Assembly: GCF_000023965.1 (NCBI RefSeq)
Contig: NC_013202.1
Location: 1,980,001 to 2,012,000, forward strand
Source: Halomicrobium mukohataei DSM 12286
Lineage (GTDB): Archaea; Halobacteriota; Halobacteria; Halobacteriales; Haloarculaceae
Direction of reading: 5' to 3'
Length of the DNA: 32,000 bases
The translations under genes and the position numbers were made by a program. Below, piece by piece: positions 25,260 to 32,000 of the stretch; position 1 is the stretch's first letter, and the number at the start of each line of letters is the position of its first letter. The notes beneath the pieces are model-generated. The model saw nothing but the letters and a program-made list of their open reading frames with translations. It searched no databases and had not been told where the DNA came from.

Positions 25260-26348
25260 TCACAGGTCGACGCTGAACGGTGCGAGCGCGTCGGCCTGGG
25301 CCGCGAAGCCGGCCAGGAGGTCTGCCACGGCTTCGAGGTCTGCCGGGTCGATCACCTCGACGGGGGTGTGCATGTAGCGGTTGGGGAGACCGACGTTGAG
25401 CGACGGGATCCCGCCACGCGACGTGTAGAAGGCGTCGGCGTCGGTGCCGGTTCGGTTGCCAGTCGCCTGCAACTGCACGTCGATGTCCTCGCTCTCGGCG
25501 GTGTCTCTGACCGCATCGACCAGCGCGGGGTGGTTCGCGCTGCCGCGGGCGATCACCGGGCCATCCCCGAGCGCGACGCCGCTGGAGCGCTTGCCCGGCG
25601 AGTCCGGCTGATCGGTCGCGTGGGTCACGTCCACGGCGATCGCGGCGTCCGGATCGAGGTCGAAGCCGACCATCTTCGCGCCCTGGACGCCCACTTCCTC
25701 CTGGACCGTCGAGACGGCGTAGACCGTCGCGTCGGTTCCGGTCTCCGCGGCCCGTCGGAGTCCCTCCGCGGCGGCCCAGATGCCGATTCGGTTGTCCATC
25801 CCGCGGGCCGAGAGGTAGCCGTTCTGCAGTTCGCTGATCGTCTGCTCGAAGGTGATCGGGTCGCCACGCGAGACCAGTTCCTCGGCCTCGTCGCCGTCCT
25901 CGGCCCCGATGTCGACGTGTTGTTCGTTGATCCCGGGAACGTCGTCGTCCTCGCCGTTTCGCAGGTGGATCGCCGTCTGTCCGACGACGCCGTCGATCGG
26001 GTCGTTGTCGGTGTGGACGGTGACGTGCTGGCCCCGCGAGACGGTGCTGTCCGAGCCGCCGATACGGTCGATCCGCAGGAAGCCGTCGTCGGTCACGTCC
26101 CGGACGATGAAGCCGATCTCGTCGCCGTGGCCCGCCAGCGCGACCTCGGCGTCACCGCTTCCCTTCAGTACCGCGACGGCGTTGCCGTAGTCGTCGACTC
26201 TCACCTCGTCGGCGTACGATTCCACGTAGTCGATCCAGACTCGCTGGCCCGCCGTCTCGTAGCCCGAGGGCGTCGCGGTCGAGAGCAGTTCGTCGAGAAA
26301 CTTGCGTCGGTCCTCGTCCATGGTCGGGCCTTCGCCGGCATCCGTCAT
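25260..26348 (-). CDS. M42-family metallopeptidase (TET/FrvX/'endoglucanase M'-type aminopeptidase)
   Basis: Trimmed to ATG 26348, with an alternative at 26321. The listed N-terminal extension to 26456 translates the structured element. Motifs: AGHGDEIGF, RGMDNRIG, STVQEEVG, VDVTHATD. Confidence 0.9.
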   Translation of the reverse strand: MTDAGEGPTMDEDRRKFLDELLSTATPSGYETAGQRVWIDYVESYADEVRVDDYGNAVAVLKGSGDAEVALAGHGDEIGFIVRDVTDDGFLRIDRIGGSDSTVSRGQHVTVHTDNDPIDGVVGQTAIHLRNGEDDDVPGINEQHVDIGAEDGDEAEELVSRGDPITFEQTISELQNGYLSARGMDNRIGIWAAAEGLRRAAETGTDATVYAVSTVQEEVGVQGAKMVGFDLDPDAAIAVDVTHATDQPDSPGKRSSGVALGDGPVIARGSANHPALVDAVRDTAESEDIDVQLQATGNRTGTDADAFYTSRGGIPSLNVGLPNRYMHTPVEVIDPADLEAVADLLAGFAAQADALAPFSVDL

Positions 26349-26356
26349 GTATCTTG

Positions 26357-26699
26357 CCGAGAGCTGGATCGTGTTCAGATAAGCCGCTGCATCTTCTGAG
26401 TTGTAGACACCGAAAGCCCTCGTCGCGCTCCGGCATTCTGTGACGGATATCTTCACTTCGTTCAGATAGTGCCGCCACAGAATGCCGGACCACGACTCGC
26501 CCTTTCATCCGCCAGGAGAGCACGCTCTCCTGAGCCTGTGCTCACCCTGTTCGCACAGACGCCAGGATTCGGCCGTTGAGCCGTCTAGACCCTGGTGGAT
26601 GAAAGGGCGAGCGCAGTCGCGGGACCGCAACTGCGCGAGGGCTTTCGGTGTCTGCACCACTACGCTGACAGTCGCTTATCTGAACACTACCGAGAGCTG
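26357..26699. other. about 323-bp multi-hairpin inverted-repeat element (MITE-like or unclassified structured ncRNA) flanked by a 10-bp direct repeat
   Basis: Direct repeat CCGAGAGCTG at 26357-66 and 26690-99. Perfect 14-bp terminal inverted repeat GTGTTCAGATAAGC (26371-84 / 26674-87). A second 20-bp helix pairs 26403-22 with 26636-55. Internal hairpins pair 26430-46 with 26472-88 and 26496-516 with 26591-611. See the findings section. Confidence 0.55.
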
Positions 26700-26738
26700 C
26701 AGGCGAAGCGATAAGTACCGACCGCTCGAAACGCCGCC

Positions 26739-26981
26739 ATGGCCGAGTTCACCTTCCTCGAACTCCACCTCGACGAGGCGACGATCACCAACAACGCGCC
26801 CTATAGCGGTGCCGATCAGTCGGATCCAGACGACGAGACAGCGGACGACGACCCCGACGACGGTCGCTCGCTCGGCAGATTGCTCGCGTTCGCGCTCGCC
26901 GTCGCTGCCGTAGCGACGGTGATCGGACGCGCGCTCTCGGGGAGCGGTGAGTCCGGAGCAGCGGTCGACGACCTGGTCTGA
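26739..26981 (+). CDS. small acidic protein with C-terminal TM segment (80 aa)
   Basis: MAEFTFLELHLDEATITNN...; acidic linker, then the hydrophobic LLAFALAVAAVATVIG. GC3-biased codons; no family recognised. Confidence 0.5.
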   Translation: MAEFTFLELHLDEATITNNAPYSGADQSDPDDETADDDPDDGRSLGRLLAFALAVAAVATVIGRALSGSGESGAAVDDLV

Positions 26982-27034
26982 CCGGTCGACCCCGCTACTG
27001 TTTGGTCATTCATTTAAGTAGTTTCGGTGAGAAC

Positions 27035-27265
27035 ATGTCGTCTGTGAGTCAAACAGACACTCCGGAAGAACGCATCGACGAAACGACGACGTGGCCCGAC
27101 CTCGCGATCAGCCTCTACGACCGCCTGACCGGTCGCAACGCCGAGATCACCTACGAGTTCGAAGACATGGAAGTCGACGTGCCAAGCGGCACCGGCGACG
27201 ACGCCGACCACGCCCACTGGCGTGTCGACGGGACGCTGCGGGTCACGACCCGTGAGCAGGACTGA
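27035..27265 (+). CDS. small acidic protein (76 aa), possibly amphi-Trp-type
   Basis: Trimmed to ATG 27035 (MSSVSQTDTPEERIDETTTWPDLAISLYDRL...HAHWRVDGTLRVTTREQD). A TTTAAG box lies about 20 nt upstream. The family assignment is tentative. Confidence 0.55.
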   Translation: MSSVSQTDTPEERIDETTTWPDLAISLYDRLTGRNAEITYEFEDMEVDVPSGTGDDADHAHWRVDGTLRVTTREQD

Positions 27266-27680
27266 TCGGTTCCCGCCGCTGTCGGTCGACGCGGAACTGA
27301 CGCTGACCGTCGACGGCCACGAGTACCGCGTTCGTGATCGCGGGAACCGGCTCGTCGTCGACGCGCCGACGCTCCCGGCGGCACTGGCGTTGCGCGATTC
27401 GCTGCCGGAGGGCGGCGTCGGCAGGCTCCTCTCGACGACCGATCTGGCCGTCGACGTGGCGGTCCACGACGCCGTCGTCGCCACCACCGGCCCCAGCGCC
27501 GACGGCCCGGTCGCGACGACTGTCGGTGGGTCGCCGACGACGCTGCGACCCGCGGGACTGGCCACGGCACTCGTCCGCGAGGGACGGGCTCGCCCGGTCG
27601 CCACGGCGGCTCTGGTGGCGGCTCTCCTCGCGCTGGGCTGGCTCGTCGGACGCGTGATCGACGCCTTCGGCGACGACTGA
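27252..27680 (+). CDS. hypothetical protein with C-terminal TM anchor
   Basis: Candidate GTG starts at 27222 and 27252, both overlapping the 3' end of the upstream gene. Ala/Val/Thr-rich; the C-terminal ALVAALLALGWLVG is hydrophobic. The start is uncertain. Confidence 0.4.
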   Translation: MSRTDRFPPLSVDAELTLTVDGHEYRVRDRGNRLVVDAPTLPAALALRDSLPEGGVGRLLSTTDLAVDVAVHDAVVATTGPSADGPVATTVGGSPTTLRPAGLATALVREGRARPVATAALVAALLALGWLVGRVIDAFGDD

Positions 27681-27749
27681 TTCGGAGTCCGAAGCCGGGA
27701 ACGGGCCCACGGGGAGAAGGCCTATCCCGACCCGTCGCCTTGTGCGCGT

Positions 27750-28703
27750 ATGGGATTGTACCACAGCGTGCAGGCCGTCGCCGGGGCCTCCGGTGACGGA
27801 CCGATCGACTGGGACGCCGTCGCGTCAGCGGCCAAGAGTTCGACCGATCCCGGCTCGCTGGCACTCACCGATCGGCAGGAGGTGGCCTACGCCGACGACG
27901 TGCGTGCCGCTCGCGACCGCGTTCGCGACGTCGCCGACATCGGCTTCGACCTCCCGGAGACCGTCGAGATCCAGAACCGCCACCACTGGATCGACGCCAA
28001 CGTCGAGACCTTCGAGCGGGTGATGCGTCCGCTCGAACAGCAAGCCGACCTCATGCCGGGCGTCGCCCGCGTCGCCAACACCGGCTCGATGGCGTTCGCG
28101 CTCTCGTTCCTGGGCCGGAACGTCCTCGGGCAGTACGACCCGCTCTTGCTGGCCGACGACGGCGACGACCACGCGCTGTACTTCGTCCACCCGAACATCG
28201 AACAGGTCGCGTCGACACTCGCCGTCGATCCCGACCGCTTCCGTCGCTGGATCGCCTTCCACGAGGTCGCCCACGCCGCGGAGTTCGGCGCGGCCCCGTG
28301 GCTCTCCGATCACCTGGAGTCGACGATGGAAGACGCCATCGGCGCGCTCACCGAGGGCTCGATCGACCGGGCCTCGCTGGGCGAGCTCGACACGACGATG
28401 ACGGCCGTCGAAGGGTACGCCGAACTCGTCATGGATCGCGCCTTCGACGACGAGTACGACGACCTCCGGCGCAAGCTCGACGAGCGCAGAGGCGGCCAGG
28501 GACCGGTCGCGAAGCTGGTCCGCAGGCTGCTCGGGCTGGGGATGAAGCGCCGCCAGTACGAACGGGGCAAGGCCTTCTTCGACGCCGTCGCGGACGAGCG
28601 CGGCGTCGCGGGGGCCGGCGCGGTCTGGGACGGTCCCGACTCGCTACCGACCGACACCGAGTTGGACGATCCCGCCGCGTGGCTCCGTCGCGTCGACCCG
28701 TGA
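27750..28703 (+). CDS. zinc-dependent metalloprotease, DUF2342 / TIGR03624-like hydrolase
   Basis: 317 aa with HExxH in WIAFHEVAHAAEF. The overall layout (NRHHWIDAN...LGQYDP...YFVHPNI...MTAVEGYAELVMD) is typical of this family. Confidence 0.8.
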   Translation: MGLYHSVQAVAGASGDGPIDWDAVASAAKSSTDPGSLALTDRQEVAYADDVRAARDRVRDVADIGFDLPETVEIQNRHHWIDANVETFERVMRPLEQQADLMPGVARVANTGSMAFALSFLGRNVLGQYDPLLLADDGDDHALYFVHPNIEQVASTLAVDPDRFRRWIAFHEVAHAAEFGAAPWLSDHLESTMEDAIGALTEGSIDRASLGELDTTMTAVEGYAELVMDRAFDDEYDDLRRKLDERRGGQGPVAKLVRRLLGLGMKRRQYERGKAFFDAVADERGVAGAGAVWDGPDSLPTDTELDDPAAWLRRVDP

Positions 28704-28751
28704 CGCTCCGATGGCCAGCAAGCATATGTTCGCTGGCGTAATCCCATCTGT

Positions 28752-29387
28752 ATGCGCACACTGGCGATTCTCCTGTCGGTCGCGCTCGTCGCGACCACGG
28801 CCGGCTGTGGCTTTCTCATCGGTGACGAAGCGCTCGCGTTCGAATCCGCACCCGCGAGTGTCGGCGACGAGACCCTCTCGGAAACTGGCTACGAGCAGAC
28901 GCTCAACGAGAGCCAGACGGTCTCTCGGGAGTTCACCGTCGCGGGCCAGAGCCGGCAGGTCAACGTGACGAACCACCTCGCACAGTACGAGCGCTCGATC
29001 GACCTCGGCCCGCTGGGCGAACAGCGGGCGGCGGTGTTCGCCACGTTCTCCAGCCCGGAGGTGAGCGTCGCCTCACAGACGTTCAACCCGCTCAGTGACA
29101 TGTCCAACCGCGAGCTGCTGTCGCAGTTTAGCTCCAGCTACGACGGTCTCAGCGTCGGCCAGCGGGTCGAAAACCGGACACACACGGTCCTCGGAACCGA
29201 GACGGGCGTCCAGAAGTACGGCGGGACGGCAGAGCTGGGCGGGCAGTCCATCGACGTGTACATTCACGTGACGACGGTGAAACACGACGGGGACTACGTC
29301 GTGGCGCTGGGGCTCTACCCACAGCAACTCTCCGGCGAAGAGACACACGTCTTCGCGATGCTCGACGGCCTCCAGCACGGCGAGTAA
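28752..29387 (+). CDS. secreted lipoprotein (lipobox), function unknown
   Basis: Signal peptide MRTLAILLSVALVATTAG-C with a lipobox Cys. The mature part is hydrophilic and beta-rich. Confidence 0.7.
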   Translation: MRTLAILLSVALVATTAGCGFLIGDEALAFESAPASVGDETLSETGYEQTLNESQTVSREFTVAGQSRQVNVTNHLAQYERSIDLGPLGEQRAAVFATFSSPEVSVASQTFNPLSDMSNRELLSQFSSSYDGLSVGQRVENRTHTVLGTETGVQKYGGTAELGGQSIDVYIHVTTVKHDGDYVVALGLYPQQLSGEETHVFAMLDGLQHGE

Positions 29388-29468
29388 ACGAGTCGGCTCT
29401 CTCCTCGTTACGTCGTAGACGCGGATCGCCACCTCGGGGTAGCAACGACGGACGGGTCGTCGGTCGTC

Positions 29469-29699
29469 TCAGCGACGCCGGTTCACGAAGCCAAGCGCCA
29501 CGCTGTCGGGGAACACCCACCAGCCGAGCACGGCACCGGCGACCGTCCCGGCGACGCCGGCCCCACCGATCGTCGGGAGGCTGGCCGAGACGTTCAGTGC
29601 GACGAGTGCCATCGACACGCCCACGAACAGGGCGAAGCCGACGCGGAACTTCAGGAGGAACGACCGCCGGTCCTCGTCCGTGACGGAGGGCTGGACCAT
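29469..29699 (-). CDS. small two-TM membrane protein (76 aa)
   Basis: ATG 29699 within listed ORF 29469..30230 (MVQPSVTDEDRRSFLLKFRVGFALFVGVSMALVAL...). Its start overlaps the stop of the upstream gene by 1 nt (TGATG). Confidence 0.55.
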   Translation of the reverse strand: MVQPSVTDEDRRSFLLKFRVGFALFVGVSMALVALNVSASLPTIGGAGVAGTVAGAVLGWWVFPDSVALGFVNRRR

Positions 29700-30244
29700 C
29701 AGTGAAAGCCCCTGCCAACGTCCTCGTCGACGACGTCCTCGAACTCGGCTTCGAGCAACTCCTCGGCTTCCTCGAAGGTGTCGGTCAGCTCGTCCATCTC
29801 CTCGGGCCGATCGTAGTGGTCGAAGTCCATCGGCCCGTAGGCCGGCGAGTCCAGCGCGTCCATCACGTCCTCGAACAGCGCGTCGGGCGTCGTCGGCGCG
29901 TCGGCGTGGGTTTCGAGGACGGTCTCCAGTTCCTTCGCCGTCTCCTCGGCCTCGTCTTCGTCCTCGACGGGCTGTTGGACGCCGAAGGCACCGGTCCCCT
30001 GCTCGGGAAACAGCGGATCGAGCTCGTCGTCGATCCGGCGAGCCACCTGCGATCCCACGCCCTGCACGTCGTAGGGGTTCTTGGCGTAGGTCTTGAGCTG
30101 GAAGACGCCGGCAGCCGGGTGGCCGATGTAGAGGTCTTCGCCGATGCCGCTCGCGCGGTCGCCGCCGACGGCCCGCCAGCCACCGGGATCGGCGTTCGAT
30201 TCGACCACGTCTTCGAGGATGTCGTCCCACTCACGAACGCGCAT
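29699..30244 (-). CDS. highly acidic cytoplasmic hypothetical protein (181 aa)
   Basis: Trimmed to ATG 30244 (MRVREWDDILEDVVESNADPGGW...). The minus frame is Asp/Glu-rich and haloarchaeal-like. The mirror plus-strand ORF 29702..30343 is Val/Arg/Gly-rich, i.e. an antisense artefact. Confidence 0.65.
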   Translation of the reverse strand: MRVREWDDILEDVVESNADPGGWRAVGGDRASGIGEDLYIGHPAAGVFQLKTYAKNPYDVQGVGSQVARRIDDELDPLFPEQGTGAFGVQQPVEDEDEAEETAKELETVLETHADAPTTPDALFEDVMDALDSPAYGPMDFDHYDRPEEMDELTDTFEEAEELLEAEFEDVVDEDVGRGFH

Positions 30245-30411
30245 GGAGCCCGTTTGGGGGCGGTTCTGAAAATACCCTTCGGTCGGTCCGATCGCCGGCT
30301 GGACCGGGGATTTCTTTGCACCCGAATCCGAGACGTGCAATAGAGCAGTCGTCCGCCGTCTCGCCGGGCCGCCCGGCTGCCCTCCCCGCGCGGCGGCGAC
30401 CCACTGAGACC

Positions 30412-32000
30412 ATGGTCCCTACGCACCGCACCGCCGCCCGGACGAACGCCCCGACCCGACAGCTCCTGATCGTGGCGACGTGTGTCGTCGGCCTCCTCGT
30501 CGCCGCAGCCGCCATGCCAGCCACGGCACCACAGCCGACGCCCCCGGAGTTCCTGAGCGGGGAGTCGGACTGCCAGATCCTCTTCTCCGAGGATCCGGTC
30601 GCCGGACACGAACTCACCACGACGGTCCTGTACGACGAGGAGCCGGTGTCGGACTCACCGGTGTGGTTCAACGGCGAACGCGTCGGCCGGACCGACGAGG
30701 ACGGACGGGTCGTCGGCACCGTCCCCTACGAGCAGACCCTGCAGGTCCGGGTTGAACTGCCCGGCGGGGGCAGCTGTGAGGCCAGCATCGACACCGGCGA
30801 CTCGGACGCGCCGCTGAAGACCGTCGACCGATCCGGCCTCGGTGTCGCCGCCCTCGACGGCGTGGCCCAGCAACAGGCTCAGAACGGGTCGGGCGCGTAC
30901 CCGGTCCGTGGCCGGATCGATCTCTCGGTCGACGAACAGCCCTACCCCGGCGAGACGACGACGCTGCGGGCGACGATCCAGGGCAACCCCGTGGCCGACG
31001 CGACGGTGTCGGTCGACGGACGGACGATCGGACGGACCGACGCAGACGGCACGATCGAGATTCGCGCGCCGATCGAGGGCGACCGGACGCTCACCGTCCA
31101 CGTCGAACGGGGGGCCTTCGAACGCGAGACCGAGATCGTCGTCCTCCGCCTCGACGCGACGATACGGACCGACGCACTGCTCGCGCTGCCGGGGCAGAAC
31201 GCGACGGTCGTCGCCCGGCTCGGCGACCGCCCGGCGGTCAACGCCACGGCGCTGGTCGGCGGCGAGCGACTGGGTCGAACGGACGCGGACGGCCACGTCG
31301 AGATGACGCTTCCGGCCGACCCGACGGCACGGCTCACCGTCGCGACGGCCGATCAGGTGGCCACCACGCCGGTCCTGTTGGCGTTCGCGCCGACGATCCT
31401 GCTGACCGTCCTCGCCGTCCTCGCGCTCGTCGGCGTGCCGGCGGCCGGCTACTCGATCGCCGGTCGTCGCGGTGTGGCGATCGGCTCCGGCGTCGCCGTC
31501 AGCGTCCTGGCGCTCGCGTACGTGTTTCTCCGCTTTGGCCGCACGATCGCACTGCTGGGGTCGCTGGCGCTGCTGGCGGTCGTCGGACTCGTCGCCTTCC
31601 TCCGGAGCGACTACAGCGCGGTCGAGGCGGCCCGAGCGACCGCCGGCTGGTTCCGCCGTCTCGGCCGCCGACTGGCCTCCGACGGCCTGTGGCTGTCCGG
31701 GCGACTCGAAGCTGCCGTCGGGAGCCTCGAACGCCGTCTCCGGCGTCTGTGGGACCGACTGATGGGTCCAGACGCGACGCCGCTCGCGGACGCCGGCCGC
31801 TGGCTCACGTCGCTTCCCGCCCGCCTGCTCGCGCTCGTCCGCGCTCTCGCCCGCGGGCCGAGCTGGCTAGGTGCCGACGAGAGCGACCGCGACGACCTCG
31901 CGGGCGAATCCGGAGACGCGGACGACGAGACGACGCTCTCGCGGCGCGCACAGTTCCGCCGCGTGTGGCGTGCGTTCGCCGGTCGGGTCGCCCCCGAGAC
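30412..32000 (+). CDS. large membrane protein with three 'GRTD-x-DG' beta-sandwich repeats (CarboxypepD_reg-like) and a multi-TM / Arg-rich C-terminal region (possibly DUF4129-type); 3' end outside window; not in supplied ORF track
   Basis: Hand translation from ATG 30412 stays open to nt 32000. It begins MVPTHRTAARTNAPTRQLLIVATCVVGLLVAAAAMPATA (signal/TM). Repeats: NGERVGRTDEDGRVVGTVP, VDGRTIGRTDADGTIEIRAP, VGGERLGRTDADGHVEMTLP. TM helices span about 31370-31600. Strong GC3 bias. Confidence 0.7.
   Translation, partial: MVPTHRTAARTNAPTRQLLIVATCVVGLLVAAAAMPATAPQPTPPEFLSGESDCQILFSEDPVAGHELTTTVLYDEEPVSDSPVWFNGERVGRTDEDGRVVGTVPYEQTLQVRVELPGGGSCEASIDTGDSDAPLKTVDRSGLGVAALDGVAQQQAQNGSGAYPVRGRIDLSVDEQPYPGETTTLRATIQGNPVADATVSVDGRTIGRTDADGTIEIRAPIEGDRTLTVHVERGAFERETEIVVLRLDATIRTDALLALPGQNATVVARLGDRPAVNATALVGGERLGRTDADGHVEMTLPADPTARLTVATADQVATTPVLLAFAPTILLTVLAVLALVGVPAAGYSIAGRRGVAIGSGVAVSVLALAYVFLRFGRTIALLGSLALLAVVGLVAFLRSDYSAVEAARATAGWFRRLGRRLASDGLWLSGRLEAAVGSLERRLRRLWDRLMGPDATPLADAGRWLTSLPARLLALVRALARGPSWLGADESDRDDLAGESGDADDETTLSRRAQFRRVWRAFAGRVAPE

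Noticed and set aside
26371-26687. Possibility that the structured element is SRP (7S) RNA or RNase P RNA
   Set aside because: The size and end-pairing are superficially SRP-like. However, I find no helix-8 GGAAGGGAGCA-type motif on either strand and no RNase P CR-I GAGGAAAGUCC. This is a by-eye check only and still needs cmscan.
26349-26913. N-terminal extension of the M42 ORF to 26456 and plus-strand ORF 26482..26913
   Set aside because: Both read through the inverted-repeat element and contain mirror-image peptides (RAFGVY / RAFGVC) produced by the two arms. Unusual Cys/His/Trp content; not coding.
27014-27864. Minus-strand ORFs 27014..27604, 27151..27864 and 27243..27764
   Set aside because: Arg/Pro/Ser-rich frames antisense to the small plus-strand genes, with no motifs. 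Judged artefacts, although the plus-strand 27252..27680 call is itself only moderately supported.
29702-30343. 213-aa plus-strand ORF mirroring 29699..30340
   Set aside because: The plus translation is Val/Arg/Gly/Leu-rich with no acidic bias. The minus frame gives a typical Asp/Glu-rich haloarchaeal protein with a sensible ATG and is coupled to the downstream small membrane gene.

Overview
The sequence is GC-rich with strong third-codon-position GC bias and encodes very acidic proteins. Gene content (Cdc48/VCP AAA ATPase, an Lsm plus ribosomal L37e pair, an MBF1-type zinc-ribbon/HTH protein, an sdhCDBA operon) points to a core chromosomal region of a haloarchaeon (class Halobacteria). I support about 40 protein genes, mostly housekeeping: two acyl-CoA dehydrogenases, HhH-GPD glycosylase, zinc deaminase, cysE, succinate dehydrogenase, amidohydrolase, HAD hydrolase, panB, alpha/beta hydrolase, SAM methyltransferase, Bcp peroxiredoxin, purF, M42 peptidase, DUF2342-type Zn protease and several small membrane or acidic proteins. 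Two CDSs are missing from the supplied ORF track. One is rpl37e (24861..25034, 57 aa, below the size cut-off). The other is an ORF open from 30412 to the window end. Many long listed ORFs are Arg/Gly/Pro-rich antisense artefacts typical of high-GC DNA. I found no CRISPR array, cas genes, integrase, transposase or recognisable defence operon. The unusual signals are at the DNA/RNA level. (1) A 323-bp multi-hairpin element with perfect 14-bp terminal inverted repeats and a 10-bp flanking direct repeat fills a divergent promoter gap (26357..26699). (2) A convergent tRNA locus (11739..12647) holds an aberrant 98-nt tRNA-like gene, an intact tRNA-Leu(GAG), tandem copies of both tRNA 3' ends starting at the T-arm, and a 47-nt hairpin module shared by both. 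(3) A perfect 56-bp direct repeat (3969..4095) has a hairpin loop motif, TCGCT-N-CGCTC, that recurs in the tRNA-linked modules. (4) A RimK ATP-grasp ligase fused to a retropepsin-like protease domain sits divergent from an AstE/AspA-family deacylase. All family calls come from motif recognition by eye; no searches were run.
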